DNA of 64,000 nucleotides from a virus, in IMG/VR virus record IMGVR_UViG_3300012953_000013, positions 120,867 through 184,866 of that record. The stretch is one strand, 5' to 3'. The notes under the pieces were generated by a model, which saw only the letters and a list, made by a program, of their open reading frames with translations, made no database searches and had not been told where the DNA came from. Made by a program: the position numbers and the translations under genes. Shown piece after piece: positions 30,048 to 40,220 of the stretch (the first letter of the stretch is position 1; every line of letters begins with the position of its first letter).

Positions 30048-30404
30048 TTAACCAGTGGTACCATAATCATCTTGATCGTAAAGAGGGATATTTCCAGATG
30101 GAATTCCAGTAAGGGAAACACAAACTCCTGTTGGTGAACCGCCAGCTGCTTGAACTCTAATTTTTCTAGCTTTAACCCTAAAGTGATAAACGCCAGTAGT
30201 CAAACTCATTGTTGTGGGTCCGCCGCTTGTTGAATCTTGAAAGTCTAAAGTGGCGGTTCCTTGGACTGACAATATAATTTCACTAGAAACATACGCCAGG
30301 GTAATAATTGCGGTGGCTCCATCTGCTACATCAGCTACATAAGGAACACCAGAAACTTGATAAGAGCCTACGTCTCCGGCTCCCGGATTTGACCAACGTG
30401 CCAT
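30048..30404 (-). CDS. Hypothetical beta-rich protein (118 aa), possibly a head component
   Basis: Starts directly after the protease stop codon (TAA ATG). Confidence 0.65.
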   Translation of the reverse strand: MARWSNPGAGDVGSYQVSGVPYVADVADGATAIITLAYVSSEIILSVQGTATLDFQDSTSGGPTTMSLTTGVYHFRVKARKIRVQAAGGSPTGVCVSLTGIPSGNIPLYDQDDYGTTG

Positions 30405-31013
30405 TTACTTTTCTCCCCAGCTTAAAATATCATTAAATATTCTATCAATTTTATCACTGCTATTAAAATGTTTATCTAATTCAGCTTCGTTTATTTCTCT
30501 TCCCTCGCGCATCATAAAAGCTCCAGGGGTTGATGGTTCACTTACAAAGTCCCAACAAATAAGCTGAAAATCATCTTGAACAACGTCTGTGTCTCCATCT
30601 CTTCTGGTAGAGCCGACGCCTCTAGAAGATATTCCAAGAGTAACTCCGGATTCTACTAAGCTTTGAAGTATTTTTCCTGCTGGAGTGTCTAACAGTTCTA
30701 CAGAACCGTAGCAGACTCCGCCCTCCATATAAGCTTCTCTGACTATGTGAGATACATTTTTAAGTTCTACAACTGAAGAATCAGGATGGTCACACTCGCC
30801 TAAGGCACGGTTTTCTCTAATGAATTTTTGATAATTTCTTACTTCTCTATCAAGAATTACTTCTGGATATACTCTTCCGTTTTGATTAAGGGTATCTGCT
30901 TTTTGCAAAATACCTCTCATAACTAATTTTCCGTCATTTTGCTCGCGAGTTTCTTTTATCATCTCAGCCGAGTATTCAAACGGTGTCCAATCAGTTAAAA
31001 GTTTTCTACTCAT
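30405..31013 (-). CDS. Prohead protease (T4 gp21-like)
   Basis: GILQKADTLNQNGRVYP, ALGECDHP, LGISSRGVGS, WDFVSEPSTPGA. Confidence 0.93.
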   Translation of the reverse strand: MSRKLLTDWTPFEYSAEMIKETREQNDGKLVMRGILQKADTLNQNGRVYPEVILDREVRNYQKFIRENRALGECDHPDSSVVELKNVSHIVREAYMEGGVCYGSVELLDTPAGKILQSLVESGVTLGISSRGVGSTRRDGDTDVVQDDFQLICWDFVSEPSTPGAFMMREGREINEAELDKHFNSSDKIDRIFNDILSWGEK

Positions 31014-31842
31014 TTTTTTCTCCTAATTGTTCGCAAAGCTTGCAAGCTAACAAAAACTTAGCAACATTTTCATCATCAATAATTTCTTCATTCAGATATG
31101 AAACTTGAGATATAACTTCTGACGTTTTTTCTAAAAGAATTTTATTTTCGCAGATAACTTCAAACTTCTTAGTTTTTTCTATAACCTCAGATTTTACTTC
31201 GCTTAAAATTTTGCGAGTAGTGCCATAATCTCCACAAACATATGATTCTAAAATTCTAGACTGCCTATTAGACAATACCGGGCTATATTTTTTGTGGAAC
31301 TTATCTCTCATAATCTTAATCACTAGATTGTCTACTTCAGGGTTTACTTGCTCTTGAAGCTTTTTATGAGCAGGTTTTTCTTCTCTTAGTAGATCATGAG
31401 CTTTATTTTCATATTCAACCAATTTTTGAAGATTATCTTTTGATTTTCCTCTCCATAAATTCATTAAATTCTGAATGGTCGCTAGATTTCTATAATCAGG
31501 AACGGCTCTAGAATAAAAGCTGTCTTCGTTAAGAGTGTAATTTATATCTTTTATAAGAAGCGATTTTTCAATATCTAATTTTTTCTTATTTAAAGAATTA
31601 GTCGCTGATTTTGCTTCTTTTAAAATATTAGTTGCTAAAGAATCACTAGAGGCATGAACTTTTAAAAGTGCATTAAAGATTTTGAATTCTCTGAATATTT
31701 CTCCATCTTTTTCATAGTGGTCATCAATTATTTTTTTAATAAGCATTGCTTTCTTCTGATTCTTTTCAATTAAAGATTCAGAAAAAGCTTGAGCTAATTG
31801 TTCGTATATAATTCCAACATTTCTTTTTTTGTTATGTCTCAT
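31006..31842 (-). CDS. Hypothetical helical protein (278 aa) between portal and protease
   Basis: Overlaps both neighbours; begins MRHNKKRNVGIIYE. Confidence 0.75.
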   Translation of the reverse strand: MRHNKKRNVGIIYEQLAQAFSESLIEKNQKKAMLIKKIIDDHYEKDGEIFREFKIFNALLKVHASSDSLATNILKEAKSATNSLNKKKLDIEKSLLIKDINYTLNEDSFYSRAVPDYRNLATIQNLMNLWRGKSKDNLQKLVEYENKAHDLLREEKPAHKKLQEQVNPEVDNLVIKIMRDKFHKKYSPVLSNRQSRILESYVCGDYGTTRKILSEVKSEVIEKTKKFEVICENKILLEKTSEVISQVSYLNEEIIDDENVAKFLLACKLCEQLGEKNE

Positions 31843-33863
31843 TCATCATCCTCGCTCAAGGCAATATTGTCAACCATGAGATTTTCGTCAATGACTTCAA
31901 GATCTAAGTCAGGCTCTTCATTTAACAAACTACTCTGTTTATTACTTATCACCTTAGAAAGCTTACTTATAATAGAAATTGTACTGCGATCTAATCGAGG
32001 AGAATCGCCAACTTCAGATAAATTGCCTTCAGCTTCTAAATCTTTTATTAATCCTTCCCCAAATGGGTTTTTGAGGTAGTCTTCGTCATAAGGTTTATTC
32101 ATTGAATCTCTTTTTCGTGTATTTCTTCCAACCCCAGTAATACTAGAAAAATCTGGAGAATGAATTTTTCCAGATGTGTTTATCTCTCTTCTGTTTCTTG
32201 GCATGGGGTCTCCCCAAATATTTTTCACCATATTATCTACTTTGATAGGGCCGTCTTCATCATCCATACTGAGCCTGATTATTTCTTCGCTATCATCTTC
32301 TTCTTCGTCATCCCCATCGATTTCTCTAAAGTTTTCTTTTGTAGAGCTTGGCTCAATTGGGTTTCCATCCAAGACTGATGGGTTTGACTTGACATCGCTA
32401 GCAAATAAGTCTCCGCCACCGCCGGCATCATCACCACCACCACCACCGCCTCCGGCTTCTGGTGGTTGACCAGCGGCTTCTAGTTCTGCGGCTGCCGCAG
32501 CATCTTCTAGCATCTCTGCTTCAGTTGCTTCGATTTCTTCATCGTTTAAACCTAAAACATTTTTTCTAACCCATCTCTTGCTAACCATTCCCTCAGGAAC
32601 TTTTCCGGCGATGTCAAATTTAGTACTAATAAGCTCTAATTTTTGTTGTTGGGCTATACTCGATGGGTTAGATAACTTAAGACTAAAATCAATTAGGTCT
32701 TCGCCTTCAAAACCATGAGAATACAGATGAATCATGGCTATCTTATTTAATTCAGCAATAACAGTTTTTTGAATTCTTGCAATGGTTCTCGAAAACCTAA
32801 TATCCTCTTGGGCTAATGTAGCTTTTGAACCTATCTCTTCGTCATACCCTAAGTAAGCTTTTGGTATCTTCAGGGCCGCAAACATTTTCTTTTGGATATA
32901 TTCCACATCTTCGATAGCAGCAGTGTTCTGACCCCCAGCTAGGGATTCGATCTTTGTCCCTGAATCTCCTCCTCGCACTGGAATAAAGTAATCCTCATCT
33001 ACTGAAAGTGGATTATATCTGAGGTCAACTCTGCCGTCAGACTTATTAATAACTGGATTTGTTTTAAGAGAATTTTTTGCTTGTTCCAAATATTGCGCTG
33101 CATCTTCTGGCGGAACATTACCAATATCAATATAAAATACTCTACGCTCGGGTGCGCGAATGACTCGATAAACTAGCATAGCGTCTTCAATAAGAATTAA
33201 CTGGCGCCAAATTCTGCGAGCAGGATCTAAAACACTAGATCCGTATGGAAGAAATGCATCATTGGCTAATAATCTGAAATGAGTTACTTGCCAGTTTTCT
33301 AAAACCTGATTTCCTTGAGTCATCCATCTAAACCTAACTGCAGTTGGATCATCCGGATCATAACCCTCTTCACGTTCCATCTCAGAAATGGGGATTGGAT
33401 AACATCCAACAACACCAAACTCGGGAGAGACGTCGTTGAACAAAAAGAAATCACCATACTTGCATAGATTTCTGACCCACATTGTTAAGTTAAAATCTAC
33501 ATTAATCGTATCATAAAAAAGAGTTCTTAAAAGCTCTCTAATTTTTCTATTTTCAGAATATATGTGTAAAACATTCCCTTTATCATCTGGAGAAGAAGTT
33601 TCTTCCGAATATATGTCAAGAGCTGACGCTATCTCTGGAGTGGCTTCCATTTCAGAAAAGTCTGAATATCTGGCCATTCTATCAAATGATCCATACGCGC
33701 TTAAAGTGCTGGAATAAGCATCTCTATGCGCAGCTTTAAACTGCTCTAAAGAGCTTTGCGATGCTTGTTTTGAATCAAAAGAACGGACTCTTCTCTTGAC
33801 ACTAGGCCCAGTTCTAAATAACTGGGTTAATTTTCTAAATAAACTTGGACTCTTATCTGCCAT
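31839..33863 (-). CDS. Portal protein (T4 gp20-like)
   Basis: EIASALDIYSEE, RNLCKYGDFF, WRQLILIEDAMLVYRVIRAPERRVFYIDIGN, EDYFIPVRGG, LKIPKAYLG. Confidence 0.93.
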   Translation of the reverse strand: MADKSPSLFRKLTQLFRTGPSVKRRVRSFDSKQASQSSLEQFKAAHRDAYSSTLSAYGSFDRMARYSDFSEMEATPEIASALDIYSEETSSPDDKGNVLHIYSENRKIRELLRTLFYDTINVDFNLTMWVRNLCKYGDFFLFNDVSPEFGVVGCYPIPISEMEREEGYDPDDPTAVRFRWMTQGNQVLENWQVTHFRLLANDAFLPYGSSVLDPARRIWRQLILIEDAMLVYRVIRAPERRVFYIDIGNVPPEDAAQYLEQAKNSLKTNPVINKSDGRVDLRYNPLSVDEDYFIPVRGGDSGTKIESLAGGQNTAAIEDVEYIQKKMFAALKIPKAYLGYDEEIGSKATLAQEDIRFSRTIARIQKTVIAELNKIAMIHLYSHGFEGEDLIDFSLKLSNPSSIAQQQKLELISTKFDIAGKVPEGMVSKRWVRKNVLGLNDEEIEATEAEMLEDAAAAAELEAAGQPPEAGGGGGGGDDAGGGGDLFASDVKSNPSVLDGNPIEPSSTKENFREIDGDDEEEDDSEEIIRLSMDDEDGPIKVDNMVKNIWGDPMPRNRREINTSGKIHSPDFSSITGVGRNTRKRDSMNKPYDEDYLKNPFGEGLIKDLEAEGNLSEVGDSPRLDRSTISIISKLSKVISNKQSSLLNEEPDLDLEVIDENLMVDNIALSEDDE

Positions 33864-33890
33864 AACATTCCCGAATAACTAACTATTTAT

Positions 33891-35495
33891 CTATTTTAAC
33901 AACCAATCCATGTTACCGAAAACAGAATTGGAATTTTCTTCTTCAGAGTCTCCTGGATTCGAACCTAAAACTACAGGCTTGAATGGATTGACTCTTGCAA
34001 AATCTCTAAGATTAGGATCTAATTCAGCAGGGGGATTATTTTTATGCACCCCCATTGCATCTAGCATAGTAGCATTAATATCTACTGATTGTTGGCTCCG
34101 ATTCGACGTATCATAGAGCCAAATACCAATAGCTAAAGACATTACCAAATCATCATTTTTATCTCTCATCGCCTGAGCCTTATTACCCTTCCAAATAAAT
34201 GTTTTCATTTCTTCATAGAGGCGAGAAGAGTAAAGCGATATCTCTTTGTTTCTAATAACTTGTTCAAGTTTTGTCAAAATTTGAGCTCTAGAATTTCCTT
34301 GAGTTGAAAATCCAGCTTTGCCTATAGAACCATTTCCATATAACACTTCGTATTTATCTTTTTCTCTCTTAAAATAAATGTTGCTATATTTTAAATCTTG
34401 AAGCCTCACCAAAACGGCATATCCGTAAGTGTTGCTCTCCGGACATATTAAAGCTTCATTATATCTTTTACCAGCCTCAACAAGTAAGACAGCAAATTGA
34501 TCTGGCGGAATTTTACCCTTGAACTCACAAACAACTTCTGAAGTGTTCGTGTCTATAACATGAAAAGCAGAATAATCTTTTGAGTCTCCTCTAGAAACAT
34601 CCGCTGATATTATATACTTGTGGTCGCTTAAACTATATTTCCAAACCCAAACATTATTTTCTGGTCCCCACTTTTCCATTGGTGGTTTAACACAATAAGA
34701 TAAATACTTGATTTCATCTATAGATAAAAATGTTTCTCCAGAAGCAGCAAAATCGCACATAAGCTCTTGTGCGACTTGTTTTTCATCCATGTTTTTGCAT
34801 TCATTTTCAAACCAAGCGTCGTCTCTTTCAGGATGAACATCCCAAGGGAGTTTGATTGGATTAAACTCGTTTTCTCCAGACTCTGCCTTTTGATATAAAT
34901 CGTAATATTGGCCACCCACACCATTTGGTGTCGATAGTACAATTGCGCGACCACCAGTAGAAAGTGTGGGGTACAAGCCCATCCACAATTCGTCAAAATT
35001 TCTAACAAACGCGGCCTCATCAACGATTAATAAAGTTAGTGCTTCTGAACGACCGGCATCTTCAGATGTAGGGATTGCCTTTATTTGAGAACCATTGCTG
35101 AACTCTATCGACTGTTTATTGTTTGTGATAATCTCTGGAAGAATTAGCCAAGGCGGTAAGCTATTCATAGCGACTTTTACTTTTTTGATAAAATTCATCG
35201 CGACAGCTAACTTAGTAGCGATTACTAAAACATTTTTATCTTTATAAAAAATAGCTAACCAGACAGCATAAGCAGCAGTTAAAGTTGACAAACCAAGCTG
35301 ACGCGATTTAACGATAACGTTGAACCTATGGTCATTAAAATCTTTTACACAATTATCTTGAAAGGGATAAGTTTTAAAAGGAATCGTTCCTCTAGTGGGG
35401 TGCTGGATCTTTACATACTTATTGAAGAAGTGAGCCGGATCTTTCCCACATTTTACGATTTCTTTGATTTGTCTTTGTTTGTTATTTGCTGCCAT
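33891..35495 (-). CDS. terL: Terminase large subunit (T4 gp17-like)
   Basis: Walker A VKSRQLGLST, Walker B LLIVDEAAF, STPNG, and nuclease motifs ISADVSRGDSKDYSAF and DDLVMSLAI. Confidence 0.95.
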   Translation of the reverse strand: MAANNKQRQIKEIVKCGKDPAHFFNKYVKIQHPTRGTIPFKTYPFQDNCVKDFNDHRFNVIVKSRQLGLSTLTAAYAVWLAIFYKDKNVLVIATKLAVAMNFIKKVKVAMNSLPPWLILPEIITNNKQSIEFSNGSQIKAIPTSEDAGRSEALTLLIVDEAAFVRNFDELWMGLYPTLSTGGRAIVLSTPNGVGGQYYDLYQKAESGENEFNPIKLPWDVHPERDDAWFENECKNMDEKQVAQELMCDFAASGETFLSIDEIKYLSYCVKPPMEKWGPENNVWVWKYSLSDHKYIISADVSRGDSKDYSAFHVIDTNTSEVVCEFKGKIPPDQFAVLLVEAGKRYNEALICPESNTYGYAVLVRLQDLKYSNIYFKREKDKYEVLYGNGSIGKAGFSTQGNSRAQILTKLEQVIRNKEISLYSSRLYEEMKTFIWKGNKAQAMRDKNDDLVMSLAIGIWLYDTSNRSQQSVDINATMLDAMGVHKNNPPAELDPNLRDFARVNPFKPVVLGSNPGDSEEENSNSVFGNMDWLLK

Positions 35496-35502
35496 TCTGA
35501 CA

Positions 35503-35880
35503 TTAGCTCACTTCAAAATCCGCGTATCTTCTATAAAGAACTACTTTTCTGGGATTTACTGAAGAAGCTTGGATATACTGCACATCTTCGTCACTAGAAA
35601 CTTCTTTAGCAGTAAGAGTTTCTCCCAAAATATCTTTATATTGTTTTTTAGCACTAGAGAGACGAGAATTAATTCTTTCTGCTGCTTCTAGAGCTACAGC
35701 TGGAATTTGCGAATTCATAGACCTCTCTGAAGCAAGATAAACAACAGTACTGTATGTTATCCTTACTAGATCACCGTGAAACTTTGCAGTACACTTAAAT
35801 TCATCGCTAGATTTACCCCAGCTCGTTTCTAATATTTGCCCGAGGGCATTAATTTGTTTTGTTTCTAACATTTTCCTCAC
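35503..35880 (-). CDS. Hypothetical protein (about 122-125 aa)
   Basis: Directly upstream of terL. The probable start is ATG 35871, preceded by GAGG. Confidence 0.7.
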   Translation of the reverse strand: MRKMLETKQINALGQILETSWGKSSDEFKCTAKFHGDLVRITYSTVVYLASERSMNSQIPAVALEAAERINSRLSSAKKQYKDILGETLTAKEVSSDEDVQYIQASSVNPRKVVLYRRYADFEVS

Positions 35881-36104
35881 CTCAGAATATAACTAGGTAT
35901 CTGTTTTCTTTTATTACTCAAAGAGTTTTTAGTCTCTTCATCCAAAGATAACTCTTTAGCATTTTTAACTCCACGTACAACTAAATATTCTTCTCTACAC
36001 TCATAACAACAATTAGAAGATAAAAACGTAAAAACATCCTTAGCATCTTTCATAAGAGTTAAACAGACTGGGCATTCAAAAGGGACATAATTGTTATTTT
36101 CCAT
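35877..36104 (-). CDS. Small putative zinc-finger protein (75 aa)
   Basis: CPVC...CCYEC; tightly packed with its neighbours. Confidence 0.6.
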   Translation of the reverse strand: MENNNYVPFECPVCLTLMKDAKDVFTFLSSNCCYECREEYLVVRGVKNAKELSLDEETKNSLSNKRKQIPSYILR

Positions 36105-36106
36105 GA

Positions 36107-39100
36107 CTATTCAACCACCACCCGGGAATCTTTCCCTTTAGAAGTTATTTCGATAATATTATCAGCTGCATCTTTAATAGCGTCAATATGAGAAATAACA
36201 AAAATGCACTTAAACCACCGCTTAAGAGACGTTAATAATCTGTTACAGGCTTCTACATTCATTTCGTCTAAAGTCCCAAAACCTTCGTCAATTATTAATA
36301 TATCACTTTTTGGTAAAGAAGAAATGTTTATAAGAGCAACCCTCATAGCTAGAGAAGAAATCATTTTTTCCATACCAGAGCCGCATTCAATAATTCTTCT
36401 TGAATCTCCATAGTTGATATAAATGTCCATTGCGTTAGAAGAAGAATCAGCTTCGAGCTCAACAGTAAATCCGACAACGCCCTGAAGAATTCTAGAAATT
36501 TCTTCATTAATTTTTGGTAATTGAGAGCTCAAAATCTGAATTGGAATACCCCTTTTATCAAAAGCTCTCATTATAAGCTCAAATATTCTCCACTCGCCCA
36601 ACAACCTTGCGTATTCCTCTCTTTCTTCTTCTAATCTACTAAGTTCAGAGCTAAGAAGACCGATTGTTTCACTGGTACTAAGCCTTTTGGCATCAATAAT
36701 CTTAAACTCGCTTTCAAGTTCAGAAATCTGAGTTTTCAGCTTATCGAGCTCACTTACTTCTTCAGATTCTACCACTCTAGATTTCAGACTTCTTAACTCA
36801 TCTTCCATGTGAATTAAGCTATCTGTTATATTGATTTTTTCTCTATCAGTATCATTTTGAAGAATTTTTATATCAGATATTTCTATCTTCAGCTTACTTT
36901 CATTTTCTAAAAGCTTTTGGTATTTTTCTATTTTTTCAGCTAAATTTTCACTTTGGATAATACTAAATGATTTTTCAGCAGCAACTACTTTTTCTTTAGA
37001 TTCTAAAGAAAGTTGTTTTTGCTCATTTATCTGCAACTTAGCTTCATCTGACTTTACAACATATTGGCAGTCTGGCAAGTGCTCAAAACAGTCGCAGGGT
37101 TCTAGTTTTTTAGCTAATTTTTTCTTACTTTCTAACTTTTGAAGCTCAAGCTCGTGCTGGTGCTTTAAATCTCTAAGCGTTCTCTCTAGATCATTTTGCG
37201 CAGACAACCTTTCTTTTAATTCGTCAATAGGAAACTGGTTTTTGACCGTCCTTATTTTATTTAATTTTTGATTAACAGAATCATAAGATTCTCTAATTTC
37301 AACTTCTTTTTCTTCTAACTTAAGAAGCCGCTTTTTAGAAATATCAATCTGAGTTTCTTGATTTTTAACATCTGTGGGGGTAACTACATCTTGGGCGTTT
37401 TGACTTGCAGCACTTATTTTTAATGTCTGCAGTCTTTGCTGAATAGTTGTATATTCAGACTCGAAAGAATCTCTTTCAGTTTGAAGCTGTCTTAACTTAA
37501 GAGCTTTTTCCAGAATTAAAGATTTCCACTCTCTTTCTGGATATTTTGACAAAAGGGTTTTAGTATAATTTGACTCTTCTTTAACTGCATCTAAAAGTTT
37601 TTCAAAAATATCTAAATCTAAAAAGTGAGAAAGAATTTGCTTTCTCTGGGTAGCTCTATTTTTAATAAAAGCATTCATATCTCCCTGTGACGCAAATGAA
37701 GTCAGTAAGAAATTCTCTTTAGTCCCAATAAGATCTCTTAAAAATTTATCTGTATCTCTTCTTTGCTCCCCACTCATATCAATGGCATTTCCGTCAGAAT
37801 CAACTTGCCAAAAATTTGCTTGGGTTGCGGCGCTGACTATCCCTTTTCTATTCTGTTTTTTAACAGATTGTCTTTCAACTCGATAAGTGTTTCCATTAAC
37901 TTCAAAATCTATCTCAGAAATGCAATGACCTTTTCTCGTATTTATTACATGAAGATTTTTAATAGATCCGCGATCAGTAGAATTAAAAAGCGTATACATC
38001 ATAGTGCCGGGAATACTACTTTTTCCAGCTCTATTTCTACCAAACAAGCCAATAATTCCACTCAAATTTGAGAAATTAATCTTATTATTTTTTCCATAAG
38101 CAAAAGTATTAGAAAACTTCATTTCTTTTAAAGACCATTTAAGATTTCTAGGAGATTCAGTTTTTGATACTGCAGAAACTTGCTTTTTTATAACTTGTTC
38201 TATTTTATCCCACTCTTCTTCAGTGACTTCTTTCTCTGCGTAGAATTCTTTTAGCAAATTCAGTAAAACTGATGGGTCTCGCATATTCAGTAGCTCTTTA
38301 CCATCGGAAAAAGTAGCTACTGGAGCACTCTCAAAACTATCATATTTAAAGACTATTTCTGAAGCACCCAATTTTTCTTGAAGCTCTGAGTGAAGCTGTT
38401 TTATTTCTGCTTGAGGGATTGCAAATTCAGACTTAACTCTAAATCTAGCTCCGTGAGGTGATTTTTCAGCATTTTTAATAGTATCATAAACACTACCAGT
38501 CCACTCAATAGTAACAAATGGTTGGCTATGATACACCTCATGAAATGTACTGGTGAATTTGTCTTTACTTTCAATTTCCCAGAATAAAAATCCTTTACCA
38601 GGGTCTTCACCATAATTTTGTTGAATTGTAGAACCCGGATACGCAATTCTCTTTTCATTGTCTAGATACTGCATTTTATGGATATCACCAAGAAAAGCGA
38701 AATCAAAACCATCAAAAAACTTTGTTTCAACCTCTCCCTCTATATCCCAATTAATATCTGTTGTTGAACCGAGTACTCCGCCATGAAACACTGCAATGTT
38801 TACTTCGCCGGGCTTTGGTTTAACTTCTGGCCATTTTTCCTCGTCAAAACAAGAAAATACTCCCCAGTTGAAGCCGGGAACTCCAGTCGGGTAAACGCCG
38901 GAATCTTTATACAAAAACGTTTGGTCTAAATCTAATGCGTTTACAATAGGGGTAATCGCATCTTGACGATGCTTATTGCTTATAAGACCATCATGATTAC
39001 CAAGAATAACATGAGTAGGAGCTATATCGTTTAAACTTCTAAACCACCAAGAAAGTATATCGATCAACTCTGGAGAAATTCCCTGAGTTTTCGAATGGAC

Positions 39101-39238
39101 AATATCCCCACCAATAAAAATTACATCGGGATTTAAATCTCTAGCTTTGACGAACAAATCTTCGAAAGATTTCTTATATTCTTCATGCCTAGACATTCCC
39201 CTAAAATGAACGTCGGCTATATGAATACACTTAAACAT
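36107..39238 (-). CDS. Fused Mre11/SbcD nuclease - Rad50/SbcC ATPase (T4 gp47+gp46-like)
   Basis: N-terminal phosphoesterase motifs HIADVH, GGDIVH, LGNHDG, FHG, LGDIH. Then Walker A GRNRAGKSS, Q-loop SQG, a coiled coil, signature GSGMEK, Walker B IIDEGFGTLD and H-loop ISH. Confidence 0.92.
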   Translation of the reverse strand: MFKCIHIADVHFRGMSRHEEYKKSFEDLFVKARDLNPDVIFIGGDIVHSKTQGISPELIDILSWWFRSLNDIAPTHVILGNHDGLISNKHRQDAITPIVNALDLDQTFLYKDSGVYPTGVPGFNWGVFSCFDEEKWPEVKPKPGEVNIAVFHGGVLGSTTDINWDIEGEVETKFFDGFDFAFLGDIHKMQYLDNEKRIAYPGSTIQQNYGEDPGKGFLFWEIESKDKFTSTFHEVYHSQPFVTIEWTGSVYDTIKNAEKSPHGARFRVKSEFAIPQAEIKQLHSELQEKLGASEIVFKYDSFESAPVATFSDGKELLNMRDPSVLLNLLKEFYAEKEVTEEEWDKIEQVIKKQVSAVSKTESPRNLKWSLKEMKFSNTFAYGKNNKINFSNLSGIIGLFGRNRAGKSSIPGTMMYTLFNSTDRGSIKNLHVINTRKGHCISEIDFEVNGNTYRVERQSVKKQNRKGIVSAATQANFWQVDSDGNAIDMSGEQRRDTDKFLRDLIGTKENFLLTSFASQGDMNAFIKNRATQRKQILSHFLDLDIFEKLLDAVKEESNYTKTLLSKYPEREWKSLILEKALKLRQLQTERDSFESEYTTIQQRLQTLKISAASQNAQDVVTPTDVKNQETQIDISKKRLLKLEEKEVEIRESYDSVNQKLNKIRTVKNQFPIDELKERLSAQNDLERTLRDLKHQHELELQKLESKKKLAKKLEPCDCFEHLPDCQYVVKSDEAKLQINEQKQLSLESKEKVVAAEKSFSIIQSENLAEKIEKYQKLLENESKLKIEISDIKILQNDTDREKINITDSLIHMEDELRSLKSRVVESEEVSELDKLKTQISELESEFKIIDAKRLSTSETIGLLSSELSRLEEEREEYARLLGEWRIFELIMRAFDKRGIPIQILSSQLPKINEEISRILQGVVGFTVELEADSSSNAMDIYINYGDSRRIIECGSGMEKMISSLAMRVALINISSLPKSDILIIDEGFGTLDEMNVEACNRLLTSLKRWFKCIFVISHIDAIKDAADNIIEITSKGKDSRVVVE

Positions 39239-39246
39239 TTACACTC

Positions 39247-40197
39247 CTATACAGCGGAACCAGAACGAATTTTGCTGATCATGTGCACTAATTTATCAGC
39301 TGGTTTCCATGGTTTAGCTTTATTTTTTCTTTTTTGAAACTCTATTCTAGACATCTCTCCAACGTCTTCGTATCCTGAGCAATCTACTATTTTAACATCG
39401 ATTCCATATTGGTAGAAATTTTCAGCTATTTTCATAGTTTTTAATATTGCGTCAGGGTCTAGCGCCAGGATAACCGAAGAGTTGTTTTGAATAATTCTCT
39501 GAAACAAGAGATACCTTTCGTTTAAAGATGACCCTAGTATACAAGTAGAATTTGATCCCGCATTAAACATATCAAAAGGGCCCTCTACTAAAGTAATTGG
39601 ATTTTTCCAATTCAGATTAATCTCATTAAAAATAAGATCCCTCTTTGGATATCTTGCGTTAATGTATTTGGGAAACTTTCCGTCTATAGATCTAGCTACA
39701 AAATAATTTAATTCTGCTTCGCAGTCAAACGAAGGAATAATCAACCTTCTCTTAAACTTTCCAGAAGAACAACTTCCTAATTTGAATCTCCAAAGATCCC
39801 TCTGAGTCATTCCTCTCTCTTTTGTATATGATATTGTGTCCCTAATGTCTGGGTCCCTAGAACTATAATTCTGGGCTAAGAGAATAAATCCTCGGGGAAC
39901 TTCCGGCTTCTTAATTTCTTCTTCTTGGATTTCTGATAATTGCTTTTCATCATAAACCCTGGTATATTCCTTGAACTTTTCGGGAAAGTATTTTTTTAAA
40001 GTATACTTGAGAGATTTTCCTTTTAAATCGCATACCCAGCAGTGATGAGCTCCGTCATGAATTCGGATTATTAGCTTCTTTTTTTCTGGTCGATCTTTTG
40101 AGCATGCAGGACAATTTACAGCAATTCCGCCCCTGTTAATAGGGCCGTTACCGAACGTTGACTTTAAGAACGATATTTTGGCTTCATCACTGTTCAT
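39247..40197 (-). CDS. DNA primase (zinc-binding domain plus TOPRIM)
   Basis: CPAC...HCWVC zinc finger, LIIPSFD...YFVARS, TLVEGPFD, ALDPDA. Confidence 0.85.
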   Translation of the reverse strand: MNSDEAKISFLKSTFGNGPINRGGIAVNCPACSKDRPEKKKLIIRIHDGAHHCWVCDLKGKSLKYTLKKYFPEKFKEYTRVYDEKQLSEIQEEEIKKPEVPRGFILLAQNYSSRDPDIRDTISYTKERGMTQRDLWRFKLGSCSSGKFKRRLIIPSFDCEAELNYFVARSIDGKFPKYINARYPKRDLIFNEINLNWKNPITLVEGPFDMFNAGSNSTCILGSSLNERYLLFQRIIQNNSSVILALDPDAILKTMKIAENFYQYGIDVKIVDCSGYEDVGEMSRIEFQKRKNKAKPWKPADKLVHMISKIRSGSAV

Positions 40198-40220
40198 ATT
40201 AGAATTTTATCTAATATTTC

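Noticed and set aside
33891-35495. Intein or intron in terL, capsid or primase
   Set aside because: Lengths and motif spacing are normal, and no splicing or homing-endonuclease motifs were seen.
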